Positions 1-9,479 of a stretch of DNA of 57,054 nucleotides are shown here, piece after piece; position 1 is the stretch's first letter, and each line of letters opens with the position of its first letter. Origin of the DNA: an uncultured Flavobacteriaceae bacterium (GTDB taxonomy: Bacteria; Bacteroidota; Bacteroidia; Flavobacteriales; Flavobacteriaceae); NCBI GenBank assembly GCA_937930675.1, contig CALHCC010000042.1, positions 1 through 57,054 of the forward strand, in the 5' to 3' direction. Below the pieces are notes generated by a model. The model did no database searches, was not told the origin of the DNA, and worked only from the letters and a program-made list of their open reading frames with translations. A program made the translations under genes and the position numbers.

Positions 1-2390
1 GCACCTGCACCTTTTACAATTAAAGGATACTCTGGATATCTTTCTGTAAAGAATAACACAATGTTATCACTTCCTTGTAAGTTAGAAAACGGGTGTTTGC
101 TATCTACTTCTTGTAAAGAAACATTTGCTTTTCCATTTACAAACTCTGCCACATATTTTAATTCAGCATTGTTGGCAGCCGCTTTTTCTTTGATGGCTTC
201 AAAATGTGCAGCTTCTTTTATTAATGTCTTTTTAAAGTCTTCAATAGAATCGGCTTCTAAGCTAGATTTTGGTAAGAAAGAGATATTTTCAATATCTTCT
301 AAATTCATTTTAGCACCGCTTTCACGAGCTAAAATTAAAATTTTACGTGCTACATCTACACCACTTAAATCAATTCTTGGGTCTGGTTCCGTAAATCCTA
401 GCTCACCCGCTTCATCAACAATTTTTGCAAAATTAGCATCTCCTACAAAAGAGTTAAAAATAAAGTTTAATGAACCCGAAGCTACGGCTTGTATTTTTAC
501 AATTTGATCTCCAGACTGTACTAGGTTATTTAGTGTATTGATAATGGGTAGACCTGCACCTACATTGGTTTCGAATAAATAAGGAGCGTTGTATTCTTGA
601 GACAATTGTTTTAATTCGGCATATTTTTCATAATCAGAAGAAGCAGCAATTTTGTTACAGGTAACAATGGCAATGCTTTCTTTTAAATAATCTGCATACA
701 AACCAGCAATGGTGTCGTTAGCGGTATTGTCTACAAATACACTATTGATTAAATTTAATTCTTTTACGTTTTCTAAGAATAAATCTAAATTTAGCTCTTC
801 TCCGTTGTCAATTAAGTTTTGTTTCCAGTCTGTAGTTAAATCTAAACCATCTTTGCTAAAAATCATTTTCTTAGAATTTGCCATTCCAGCAACTTCAATA
901 CTTAATTGTAGTTTATCTAATAAATACGCTTTTTGCTTTTCTATTTGTTCAATTAATTTAGCTCCAACATTACCAACACCTACAACAAATAAATTTAATT
1001 TAGTGATGTGCCCTTCAAAAAACGCTTCGTGTAAACTGTTTAAAGCTTTGTTTACGTTTTTACTATCAATAACAGTAGAAATATTTCTTTCAGAAGCTCC
1101 CTGTGCAATAGCGTGGATGTTTACATTGTCTTTTCCTAAAGCACTAAACATTTTACCACTAATTCCTTGGTGACTCTTCATTTCTTCTCCCACAATGGCA
1201 ACAATGGCCATGTTGGATGCTATGTGTAAAGGATCTATTTTTCCTAAACTTAATTCAAAAGCAAATTCTTCTTGAATAGCCAATTCTGCATTTTCTACAT
1301 CTTTTTGATCGATAGCAATACAAATAGAATGTTCAGAAGAAGCCTGTGTAATTAAAATAACGTTTACGTTTTTGTTGGACAACGCACTGAATAATCTTTT
1401 AGAAACTCCAGGAATACCAATCAACCCGTTTCCTTCTACGGTTGCTAAAGCAATACCATCTATATGACTAATTCCTTTGACAATACCGTTATCTTTTGCG
1501 TTTTCGTTAGAAATAAAAGAACCAAAATCTTCTGGTTTAAAGGTGTTTTTAATGTATAATGGAATGTTTTTATTCATAACCGGTTGTACAGTAGGTGGGT
1601 ATAAAACAGAAGCCCCAAAATGAGATAGTTCCATAGCCTCATTATAAGTAAGCTTATGAATAGGTTTGGCTTGTTTTACAAGCGTAGGATTGGCAGTGTA
1701 CATTCCACTTACATCTGTCCAAATTTCTAATTGTTCTACTTCTAAAGCAGCTGCTATAATGGCAGCCGTATAATCAGAACCTCCACGTCCTAAAGTAGTT
1801 TTATCTCCGTTTTCGCTACACGCAATAAAACCAGGTAAAACAGTAATATTATGAGTGTTATTTGTAAAGTAAGTTTTAATGTTTTTATTACTTACATCCA
1901 TAATTGGAGCTGCATTACCAAATTGATTGTTGGTAATAATTAATTCTCCTGTATTTTTGTAAACAGCATCAATTTCTTGACATTGCAGTGCCTTGGTAAT
2001 AATAAAAGTAGATAAAAACTCACCGTAACTTACAATGGTATCGTTTGTTTTATTAGAAAGTTCTTGTAATAAAGAAACACCTTCTAAAATATTTTCTAAT
2101 TCGTTAATTATTTTTTTAACCCCACTTAAAACACCACTTTGGTTGTTTACAGGAAGTAATTCTCTAACAATATCAAAATGATGATTTTCTAACTGGCTTA
2201 ATAAAGTATTGTAGTTATCATCTTGAATTTTTGCTTTTGCAGCAATGGTAATTAATTGATCGGTTGTTTTACCAATGGCAGAAAATACAACTGCTATTTG
2301 ATGATTATTATTTGCTTTTAAGATATCAATAACCTTATTGATATTTTGAGCAGAGGCTATTGAAGAACCTCCAAATTTTAAAATTTTCAT
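1..2390 (-). CDS. thrA: Bifunctional aspartokinase/homoserine dehydrogenase I (3' end runs off the window)
   Basis: Not in the ORF track because its stop lies outside the window. Manual translation from ATG 2390 gives MKILKFGGSS, TLGRGGSDYTA, WTDVSGMYTANP, ACT regions, GVGNVG, FETNVGAGLP and EPDPRIDLSGVDVARK, and ends IVKGAGA at the edge. Confidence 0.96.
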   Translation of the reverse strand, partial: MKILKFGGSSIASAQNINKVIDILKANNNHQIAVVFSAIGKTTDQLITIAAKAKIQDDNYNTLLSQLENHHFDIVRELLPVNNQSGVLSGVKKIINELENILEGVSLLQELSNKTNDTIVSYGEFLSTFIITKALQCQEIDAVYKNTGELIITNNQFGNAAPIMDVSNKNIKTYFTNNTHNITVLPGFIACSENGDKTTLGRGGSDYTAAIIAAALEVEQLEIWTDVSGMYTANPTLVKQAKPIHKLTYNEAMELSHFGASVLYPPTVQPVMNKNIPLYIKNTFKPEDFGSFISNENAKDNGIVKGISHIDGIALATVEGNGLIGIPGVSKRLFSALSNKNVNVILITQASSEHSICIAIDQKDVENAELAIQEEFAFELSLGKIDPLHIASNMAIVAIVGEEMKSHQGISGKMFSALGKDNVNIHAIAQGASERNISTVIDSKNVNKALNSLHEAFFEGHITKLNLFVVGVGNVGAKLIEQIEKQKAYLLDKLQLSIEVAGMANSKKMIFSKDGLDLTTDWKQNLIDNGEELNLDLFLENVKELNLINSVFVDNTANDTIAGLYADYLKESIAIVTCNKIAASSDYEKYAELKQLSQEYNAPYLFETNVGAGLPIINTLNNLVQSGDQIVKIQAVASGSLNFIFNSFVGDANFAKIVDEAGELGFTEPDPRIDLSGVDVARKILILARESGAKMNLEDIENISFLPKSSLEADSIEDFKKTLIKEAAHFEAIKEKAAANNAELKYVAEFVNGKANVSLQEVDSKHPFSNLQGSDNIVLFFTERYPEYPLIVKGAG

Positions 2391-2474
2391 ATATGTAATG
2401 GAATGATTGAGAAAAAAAACAGTACTTGATTCTTAGTGAAATTCATATCAGTTAGAGTTCAAGGTTTTTACGGT

Positions 2475-2555
2475 TTATATATATAAATAGCAAAGACAAC
2501 CCCAAAGGGTACGAAAGAAAGATGTTGTTATATATGTAGTCTCTGTATTTTTCAC
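2475..2555 (-). CDS. Putative thr leader (attenuator) peptide, 26 aa: MKNTETTYITTSFFRTLWGCLCYLYI
   Basis: GTG at 2555, TAA at 2475-2477. Five Thr and one Ile in codons 4-11. Lies between a TAATTTTG promoter and thrA. Confidence 0.65.
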   Translation of the reverse strand: MKNTETTYITTSFFRTLWGCLCYLYI

Positions 2556-2560
2556 GGCTT

Positions 2561-2568
2561 CAAAATTA
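2561..2568 (-). promoter_or_regulatory. Bacteroidota -7 promoter element (TAATTTTG) for the thr leader and thrA
   Basis: Matches TAnnTTTG, 5 nt upstream of the leader GTG. Confidence 0.6.
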
Positions 2569-2663
2569 AGAAAATATTTAAAAAAGAACGGTTTAATCTA
2601 TATAAAATTGAATATAAATAGTTGAATAACCATCTATTTATAACGATATACTTATAAGAGTTG

Positions 2664-2671
2664 TATATTTG
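2664..2671 (+). promoter_or_regulatory. -7 promoter element (TATATTTG) for the acyl-CoA dehydrogenase gene
   Basis: Matches TAnnTTTG, 30 nt upstream of ATG 2702. Confidence 0.6.
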
Positions 2672-2701
2672 CGACACAAATACGTAAAAGAATAGAAATA
2701 T

Positions 2702-4210
2702 ATGTCTATAAAAGATATTCAAAACATATCTTTTGACGATTTTTTAAAGGATTTTAAAAATACGTTAAAAAGTGTGTTTTATGAGAAAGATGATATTCAA
2801 AAATTTAGCCAAGTAAGAGGATTTCCTTCGTTAGTTTTTAGAGATATCATGGCAAAGAAACCATTGTCTGTAGCCATTCCTAAAGAATTTGGAGGAAGAG
2901 GGACAAAAGTAAAAGAATGTTTAAGTGTTTTAGAAGTGGCTTCTTACGAATCGTTGCCATTGTCTTTAACTTTTGGAATAAACATTGCTTTATTTTTAGA
3001 ACCTGTTGCTAAGTACGCTAAAAAAGAAGTACAAGCTCCAATATTTAAACGTTTCTTAGAAGAAAGAAATATGGGAGGGTTAATGATTACAGAGCCTAGT
3101 TTTGGTTCTGATGCTTTAAGCATGGAAACTTCTAACGTGTACAAAGATGGAAAATACCATATTAATGGGTACAAACATTGGCAAGGGTTAACAGGGTTGG
3201 CAGATTATTGGTTGATTACTTCTCGTAACAAAGCAGAAAATGGAAAACTAGGTAGAGATATCGATTTTTTTATTGCAGATAACCAAGATCCTGAGCAAAG
3301 AGTGAAAGTGGAAGAGTATTATAACAATGCAGGATTGTATGCAATTCCTTACGGAAATAATAAGTTAGATTTACAAGTTCCAGAAAATCAAAAGTTAGAA
3401 GGGGAGAGTACAGGAATTAAATTGATGTTAGATTTGTTACACCGTTCTAGAATGCAGTTCCCTGGGATGGCGATGGGATTTATTAAAAGAATGATGGATG
3501 AAGCTATAGAGCATTGTAATACTAGAATTGTAAGCGGTAAAAATTTACTGGCTTTAGATAAGGTAAAAGAGCAAATAGCGAATATTCAGTCTGCATTTAC
3601 CGTTTGTTCTGCCATGTGTGCACGTAGTTCTGAGTATAGTGGTATCGATCAAGAATTAGCCATGAGTCAAGTAGAAGCAAATAGTATGAAATCTGTAATT
3701 ACAGATATGATGCAAGCTTCGGCTCAAACCTTAGTGCAATTATCAGGTTCTTCGGGTTACAAAGAAGAAAATATTGGTGCAAGAGGAATTATGGATAGTA
3801 GAGCTTTTATGATTTTTGAAGGGTCCAACGAAATGTTATATACTCAAATTTCAGAAGCTGTTATGAAGTTAATGAAAAGAAAAAAAATTACAAATTTATT
3901 TGACTTTTTAAATGAATATAAGTTAACAGAAAAATCTGCTAGCTTTTTTAAAGAGATTATTAATTTTAACCTTAATATGGAGCTACCACAGCGTAAAATG
4001 GTAGATCTAGGTAAAATTATTGGTAGAGTGGTGTCTGCTAATTTTGTGATAGATTTAGGAGATAAAGGCTTTAGAAGCGATTTAGTGTCAGAGTCCATAG
4101 TGTCTTTAAAGCATGAAGTTACCGCTTTTGTAAGTTCACTTACGTTTCAACCCAATACACAACTAGTTACTGAGTATAAGGAAGATAGTAGTTGGTTGAA
4201 TTTAATTTAA
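2702..4210 (+). CDS. Acyl-CoA dehydrogenase family protein with C-terminal extension
   Basis: IPKEFGG, ITEPSFGSDA, INGYKHWQG and IFEGSNE motifs of ACAD proteins. Confidence 0.85.
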   Translation: MSIKDIQNISFDDFLKDFKNTLKSVFYEKDDIQKFSQVRGFPSLVFRDIMAKKPLSVAIPKEFGGRGTKVKECLSVLEVASYESLPLSLTFGINIALFLEPVAKYAKKEVQAPIFKRFLEERNMGGLMITEPSFGSDALSMETSNVYKDGKYHINGYKHWQGLTGLADYWLITSRNKAENGKLGRDIDFFIADNQDPEQRVKVEEYYNNAGLYAIPYGNNKLDLQVPENQKLEGESTGIKLMLDLLHRSRMQFPGMAMGFIKRMMDEAIEHCNTRIVSGKNLLALDKVKEQIANIQSAFTVCSAMCARSSEYSGIDQELAMSQVEANSMKSVITDMMQASAQTLVQLSGSSGYKEENIGARGIMDSRAFMIFEGSNEMLYTQISEAVMKLMKRKKITNLFDFLNEYKLTEKSASFFKEIINFNLNMELPQRKMVDLGKIIGRVVSANFVIDLGDKGFRSDLVSESIVSLKHEVTAFVSSLTFQPNTQLVTEYKEDSSWLNLI

Positions 4211-4220
4211 ACATATTAGG

Positions 4221-4266
4221 ACAAAAAATAGTGATAAAATTTATAAATTCTATCACTATTTTTTGT
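4221..4266 (+). terminator. Intrinsic terminator
   Basis: Inverted repeat acaaaaaatagtgata / tatcactattttttgt just after the ACAD stop. Confidence 0.75.
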
Positions 4267-4287
4267 TGTTAAAACTTAAAAAGGTTG

Positions 4288-4295
4288 TATATTTG
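4288..4295 (+). promoter_or_regulatory. -7 promoter of tRNA-Asp copy 1
   Basis: TATATTTG 17 nt upstream of the tRNA. Confidence 0.7.
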
Positions 4296-4312
4296 CCACC
4301 GCTAATAGCAAC

Positions 4313-4386
4313 GGTCTGGTAGTTCAGCTGGTTAGAATACCTGCCTGTCACGCAGGGGGTCGCGGGTTCGAGTCCCGTCCAGACCG
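4313..4386 (+). tRNA. tRNA-Asp(GTC), copy 1
   Basis: Acceptor stem GGTCTGG/CCAGACC, anticodon arm CCTGC-CT-GTC-AC-GCAGG, GGTTCGAGTCC T-arm, no encoded CCA. Confidence 0.97.
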
Positions 4387-4387
4387 C

Positions 4388-4420
4388 AAAGCCTTTCAAA
4401 GAAATTTGAAAGGCTTTTTT
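4388..4420 (+). terminator. Intrinsic terminator after tRNA-Asp 1
   Basis: aaagcctttcaaa-gaaa-tttgaaaggcttt followed by a T-run. Confidence 0.8.
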
Positions 4421-4498
4421 GTTTTTAGAAAAAAGAAGATTTGTAAGATATTTGTTTTTTTAAGGTAATTATTTTTTGTGTAAACTTATAAAAGGTTG

Positions 4499-4506
4499 TA
4501 TATTTG
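4499..4506 (+). promoter_or_regulatory. -7 promoter of tRNA-Asp copy 2
   Basis: TATATTTG in the same context as copy 1. Confidence 0.7.
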
Positions 4507-4523
4507 CCACCGCTAATAGCAAC

Positions 4524-4597
4524 GGTCTGGTAGTTCAGCTGGTTAGAATACCTGCCTGTCACGCAGGGGGTCGCGGGTTCGAGTCCCGTCCAGACCG
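4524..4597 (+). tRNA. tRNA-Asp(GTC), copy 2
   Basis: Identical to copy 1, offset by 211 bp. Confidence 0.97.
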
Positions 4598-4598
4598 C

Positions 4599-4633
4599 AA
4601 AAAGTCTTAACTTATAAAAGTTAAGACTTTTTT
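4599..4633 (+). terminator. Intrinsic terminator after tRNA-Asp 2
   Basis: aaaaagtcttaactt / aagttaagacttttt hairpin with a T-run. Confidence 0.8.
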
Positions 4634-4763
4634 ATTGTTTAATGTGATCTATATGTAAACTTTCGATACTTAGAATTATTTTTTAGATTTTCTTATGAAG
4701 TCGTTGTTTTTAAATCTTTCTACTTAAGAATATTATATTTTAATAAAGAAAACTTACGATAAA

Positions 4764-7355
4764 CTAATTAAAAATGAGTTTACCATTATGTGTAGTACCA
4801 TTGGTAATTTGTAGAGAATACATGTAAATTCCGTTCGGGTAATTTTTTCTATCAAACAGAATGGTGTTTTCTTCTTTAGTTGTGTTTCCTTTTATCGTTT
4901 CTATTACAGTTCCTGATGTATTGTAAATATTTAATATATAACTACTGTTATCGTGGCTGTTAAAAGTAATGCTACTGATGGTTTTGATAGGATTTGGGTA
5001 AATTTCAATACCATTATCTTCTGTTGTAATCACTTTGTTAGATAAAGTTTGTTGCTCTTTATTGGTAAACTGAATGTTTTTAATTTCTAATTCTTTTCTT
5101 TCTAAAGTACCCTCATCACTCGCTTTCATTAAAAACACCAACATGGTAATATCAGAAGTATCAATAGGGGTTTGGTTTTCATCATTTTTAAAATCGTTGA
5201 TTGTTAAGCTCATTTCTTCTTCTGTATCGTTTAGTGTGTAGGTGTATTTATACTGATGTTCCCAATCAGCAATACTTTTTTTCATTAACACCACAGTTAA
5301 TTCTCCAGTTCCTTTAGACTTTAAAGAAAGTGTGTTGTAATGGTTAAGGTTTACACTGTTAAATCTAGGATTAAAAGCTTTGTAAACAGATACATAATTA
5401 GGTGTGTCTGCGGTTAGTTTTACATTTCGTTCTATAGGGTAATTTTCGTTTTGGATAATATTTTCATTAGGGAATACATTGTATTCTAACACAGTGGTTA
5501 AAGGTCCTGAATTGTCCACTCCCCAAGGTCCATCAGAAACAAATAAATCGTCTGGAGTTCCTCCTTTGTTGTCTTCTATTCTAAAACCAAAATCAAATAA
5601 AGATCCTGTTTCTAATTCAATGTTAGTACTGTAATTCTCAACCTCTAAAGAGGTGTTTATTTGCTGAGTTGTACTGGTTTCAGTTTCTCGAATTCCTCCT
5701 GTTAATGTTGTAGTAATAGCTTTATTATAGGTGTTTACCATGTTAAGATTTAACATACCGTTTTTATAACTTCCTTTTCGTACATATGTTTTAGGTGGAG
5801 CAGAGTTTTTAAATTCTTGAATGGTTCTTTCGTTTTTAAACGATTGAACAATACTATTGGTTAAGGTATACAAATCATCAATACTATTAGACCATATTTG
5901 GAAATTAAAATATGCTTGATTAGGAGTGTATTTATCTAAATTCCAGTGAGATTCTACGGTATAAGTAAAGTTTTCAGATTCTCTAACCGCTAAACTAACC
6001 ACATGTTCTATTTCTCCTCCTGGACTTTTAATTACCGTTTTAATAAATGGAGTATCCTCTATAAAAATGGTACCTATCGATAGTATTTCTCCTCCCAGTA
6101 AACGATCGCAAATGTATTTGGTGTGCTCATAAATACCATTGCTGGTTTTTAAGGCTAGGATAGAGGCAACGGTTTCTTTAGCATCATTTACATAATCTAC
6201 AGAAAAAACAGCATCGGCATTGGTAATGTCTATTAAATCTTGTGGACTGGTTACAATAATTTCTGTATTTGGAAGATCATTAAAAGGGATAAAATCTCGA
6301 ATATCTTCTTTTTGTTGATTAATGAATCGTTGTCTTTGTCTAAAAACAGGAGCTTGTGCTTTGTTAAACTTATAATTTAATTTACTTCTTTGGTAGTTTC
6401 TTGCAGTTATTTTCTGACTCAATCGATTGTTACTTTCCAAACCACCATCGTTAGCACTGGTAGTTAAGGTAATGGTAGGACAACTACTTACTCCTGAACA
6501 AGAAGGGTCGTCACAGTCCACCAAGCCATCTCCATCATCATCTACACCATTTGCACAATCTTCTGAAGGTACTGGGGCAGTAGGACATCTAGCTCCATCG
6601 TTAGATGCACTTGCAGGACCGTATGCAAACAAATTAGAATCTATCGCATCTCCAGCAGTAAGTGTGTGTGTGCTTCTAATAATATATACGGTTCCTGTTT
6701 GATTGGCAGATACGTATAAGTTACCATCTACATCAAAATAAACAGCTCCATAGGTATAATTGTTCCCTTTTAAAATAGGAACTTCTCCCAAATCGGCCAT
6801 GGTGTTGTTCGTTGTATTGATACAGTACAAATGATTGCTTCCTTTTTCTACCGTATACAAATTGTTGTCATTAGCATTAAAAGCCCAATCGTGTACACTT
6901 ATTTTTTGAGGAAGTGTAAACGTTCCTTGGTAAGATAAGTAGCTTGGTGATTCTGGATTTAAATCTACCTTATAAACATTAGAGCCTCTTAAATAATAGT
7001 AAATTCCTGTTAAACTAATATCTCCTACATAACTATTTGTTCCGTCTGCAGGAATGGATGGAATGGTATATTCCGTACTCTTAAAGTCTTTTCCTATTCT
7101 GATTAAGGTTTTTGGTTTTTCTTGTAAAAATCCCCAAAGAAAACCATCTGCAGAGTTGTATGCAGCAGCATTAATTCTGCTACTATTTACGTTTTCTGCA
7201 ACTAGAATAGAATTTCCAGAAGCTAGGTTTAAGGCATAAATATTATTGTATTGAAACAAATAAGCATTGTACACGCAATTAAAAGGCTCGTTTTGTGCAA
7301 TGGTAGTAGTACAAAAAAGTACTAGTAAGGTTAGGAGTGTAATTATTTTTTTCAT
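4764..7355 (-). CDS. Secreted T9SS (type A CTD) cargo protein with a propeller-like N-terminal domain and a Cys/Asp-rich metal-binding motif
   Basis: Signal peptide (TTIA|Q), C-terminal IYPNP..IYNTSG..GIYMY..GKLIFN sorting domain, and EDCANGVDDDGDGLVDCDDPSC motif. The N-terminus ending SNDGARC resembles DUF6923. Confidence 0.85.
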   Translation of the reverse strand: MKKIITLLTLLVLFCTTTIAQNEPFNCVYNAYLFQYNNIYALNLASGNSILVAENVNSSRINAAAYNSADGFLWGFLQEKPKTLIRIGKDFKSTEYTIPSIPADGTNSYVGDISLTGIYYYLRGSNVYKVDLNPESPSYLSYQGTFTLPQKISVHDWAFNANDNNLYTVEKGSNHLYCINTTNNTMADLGEVPILKGNNYTYGAVYFDVDGNLYVSANQTGTVYIIRSTHTLTAGDAIDSNLFAYGPASASNDGARCPTAPVPSEDCANGVDDDGDGLVDCDDPSCSGVSSCPTITLTTSANDGGLESNNRLSQKITARNYQRSKLNYKFNKAQAPVFRQRQRFINQQKEDIRDFIPFNDLPNTEIIVTSPQDLIDITNADAVFSVDYVNDAKETVASILALKTSNGIYEHTKYICDRLLGGEILSIGTIFIEDTPFIKTVIKSPGGEIEHVVSLAVRESENFTYTVESHWNLDKYTPNQAYFNFQIWSNSIDDLYTLTNSIVQSFKNERTIQEFKNSAPPKTYVRKGSYKNGMLNLNMVNTYNKAITTTLTGGIRETETSTTQQINTSLEVENYSTNIELETGSLFDFGFRIEDNKGGTPDDLFVSDGPWGVDNSGPLTTVLEYNVFPNENIIQNENYPIERNVKLTADTPNYVSVYKAFNPRFNSVNLNHYNTLSLKSKGTGELTVVLMKKSIADWEHQYKYTYTLNDTEEEMSLTINDFKNDENQTPIDTSDITMLVFLMKASDEGTLERKELEIKNIQFTNKEQQTLSNKVITTEDNGIEIYPNPIKTISSITFNSHDNSSYILNIYNTSGTVIETIKGNTTKEENTILFDRKNYPNGIYMYSLQITNGTTHNGKLIFN

Positions 7356-7380
7356 GATACTGATTTTTTGTTTACAGTAT

Positions 7381-7388
7381 CAAAATTA
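7381..7388 (-). promoter_or_regulatory. -7 promoter (TAATTTTG) for the T9SS cargo gene
   Basis: TAnnTTTG 25 nt upstream of ATG 7355. Confidence 0.55.
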
Positions 7389-7451
7389 TGTAAGAAGTGT
7401 ATTTTTTTTGTGGATTAATAGATGAGCGTAGCTTTTCTGTAGTTAAACGGT

Positions 7452-7493
7452 AAAAAAAAACACCTTTAACTAAACTATATAGTTAAAGGTGTT
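7452..7493 (-). terminator. Intrinsic terminator of the Nif3/zinc-ribbon operon
   Basis: aacacctttaacta / tagttaaaggtgtt stem followed by a U-run on the minus strand. Confidence 0.8.
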
Positions 7494-7514
7494 GTTGTAT
7501 GGTGTAAGATTTAA

Positions 7515-8288
7515 TTACCCTATAATTGAAGCTAATTTTTCTTTTTCTTCCTCTGCCAAAGCAGCATCTACTAAAATACGTCCAGAATATTCGTCAATCG
7601 TAATTTTTTTACGACCTGCAATTTCTATTTGTACTTGTGGTGGAATGGTAAAGTAAGATCCTCCAGCAGCACCTCTTTCAATAGCCACTACTGCCAATCC
7701 GTTTTTTACATTACCTCTAATTCTTTTGTAAGCAACTAATAAATGATTGTCTATTTTTTCAGCCATCTCATCAGATAACTTTTTTAACTCATTTTGTTCG
7801 TTTTCAGTTTCTTTTAAAATTGCATCTAATTCTGCTTTTTTATGTTCTAAATGAGTTTGTTGAGCGTTTAATTTCTCAGTTGTTTTGGCAATTGTTTCTT
7901 TTTTATGCTCAATTTTAGCATACGCTTCTTTAATTCTTTTTTCTGCCAATTGAATTTCTAATTCCTGAAACTCAGTTTCTTTTGTTAAAGAATCAAATTC
8001 ACGATTGTTACGAACAGATTTTTGTTGTTCTGTGTATTTTTTCATTAACTCTTTAGACTCATCAATACTAATTTTTCTATTAGCAATTTCTGTCTCAAAG
8101 TTTGTAACGTCTTCATTCAACTTCTCAATTCGAGTTGATAACCCACCAATTTCACTTTCTAAATCTTCAATTTCTAAAGGTAATTCTCCTTGAACACTTT
8201 TAATTTCGTCAATTCTAGAATCTATTAATTGTAAATTATATAAAGCTCTTAACTTGTCTTCTACAGATACTTCTTGTCTAACTGCCAT
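7515..8288 (-). CDS. Coiled-coil protein with C4-type zinc-ribbon-like domain (DUF164, CT398/HP0958-like) lacking Cys ligands
   Basis: LQLIDS start, long coiled coil, RGAAGGSYFTIPPQ...DEYSGRILV. Typical position downstream of Nif3. Confidence 0.85.
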   Translation of the reverse strand: MAVRQEVSVEDKLRALYNLQLIDSRIDEIKSVQGELPLEIEDLESEIGGLSTRIEKLNEDVTNFETEIANRKISIDESKELMKKYTEQQKSVRNNREFDSLTKETEFQELEIQLAEKRIKEAYAKIEHKKETIAKTTEKLNAQQTHLEHKKAELDAILKETENEQNELKKLSDEMAEKIDNHLLVAYKRIRGNVKNGLAVVAIERGAAGGSYFTIPPQVQIEIAGRKKITIDEYSGRILVDAALAEEEKEKLASIIG

Positions 8289-8293
8289 AATAA

Positions 8294-9388
8294 CTATGAG
8301 TAATATATTGGGTTTGTACTTTTATTCGATAAAATGATGGCGAAATTACGAAATTTTTCTTTAAGATAATCAACTAATAAATTTTTTGTGAACTGTTCAC
8401 TCTCATAGTGTCCAATATCTGTAATCAGTATTTTACCTTCTGCTTTGTAAAATTCGTGGTATTTAAAATCTGCTGTAATATAAGCATCGGCTCCTTTAGC
8501 GATGGCTGCACCAATGGCAAAACTACCCGAACCGCCTAAAACAGCTACTTTCTTAATTTTTTGGGTTAACGGAGCAGAATGTCTAATACATGCGGTATTC
8601 ATGTGTTGTTTTACATAGGCTAAAAAATCGTGGGTAGCTAAAGGTGTTTCTAATTCCCCCACCATTCCCATACCAATGTGCTGATGTTTGTTTTCTAAGG
8701 TGTGAATTTCATAAGCAACCTCTTCATACGGATGTTCCTTAAAAAGGGTAGCCAATACGTTGTTTTGAGTGTGTTTAGGAAAAGTAATATGTAGCTGCAC
8801 TTCTTCCGTTTCTTGTAACACATGTTTTGTTCCTACCACGGGATTGGCATGTTCATTTCCTTTAAACGTTCCAATACCTTGAGTGTTAAAACTACAATCG
8901 CTATAATTCCCTATTTCTCCAGCTCCTGCATTGTGTAATGCCATTCTTAAGGCTACTGCGTGCTCTACAGGCACATACGTAGTTAATTTTTTGATGGTGT
9001 TTTTTTGAGGAATTAACACTTCTTTATTTTTAAGCTGTAACACTTCACACATTTTAGCACTTACCCCCTTAAAACTATTGTCTAAGGCAGTATGGGTAGC
9101 ATAAATTGCAATATTGTGTTGAATGGCTTTCATAACCACACGTTCTACGTAATTACTGCCATTAAATTTTTTAAGTCCTGCAAAAACAATGGGATGAAAA
9201 CTCACAATTAAATTGCAATTTTCTTTAATCGCTTCTTCTACAGTTTCTTCTAAAGTATCTAAGGTAACCAATACACCTGTCACCTCGGTATGGTTGTTTC
9301 CTACTAGTAAACCTACATTGTCAAAATCTTCTGCATAAGCAAGAGGTGCTAGTTCTTCTATATAATGGGTAATGTCTTTAATTTTCAT
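8294..9388 (-). CDS. Nif3-like dinuclear metal centre protein (YbgI/YqfO family)
   Basis: EDFDNVGLLVG, FHP, HTALD, HPYEEVAY and GHYESE motifs. ATG 9388 preferred over TTG 9394. Confidence 0.93.
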   Translation of the reverse strand: MKIKDITHYIEELAPLAYAEDFDNVGLLVGNNHTEVTGVLVTLDTLEETVEEAIKENCNLIVSFHPIVFAGLKKFNGSNYVERVVMKAIQHNIAIYATHTALDNSFKGVSAKMCEVLQLKNKEVLIPQKNTIKKLTTYVPVEHAVALRMALHNAGAGEIGNYSDCSFNTQGIGTFKGNEHANPVVGTKHVLQETEEVQLHITFPKHTQNNVLATLFKEHPYEEVAYEIHTLENKHQHIGMGMVGELETPLATHDFLAYVKQHMNTACIRHSAPLTQKIKKVAVLGGSGSFAIGAAIAKGADAYITADFKYHEFYKAEGKILITDIGHYESEQFTKNLLVDYLKEKFRNFAIILSNKSTNPIYYS

Positions 9389-9479
9389 ACTCAAAAATAC
9401 AGATTTTGTTTAATTTGTTGTTTGTAGATGGGAATTGTTTTAGTTTTGAAATTGTTATCGACTTCTATTAAACGTTACC

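Noticed and set aside
61-1173. Plus-strand ORFs 61-507 and 709-1173
   Set aside because: Antisense shadows of thrA, which occupies 1-2390 on the minus strand
4313-4597. tRNA-Asp repeat as attL/attR of an integrated element
   Set aside because: Both copies are full length with promoters, only 137 bp lie between them, and no integrase is present
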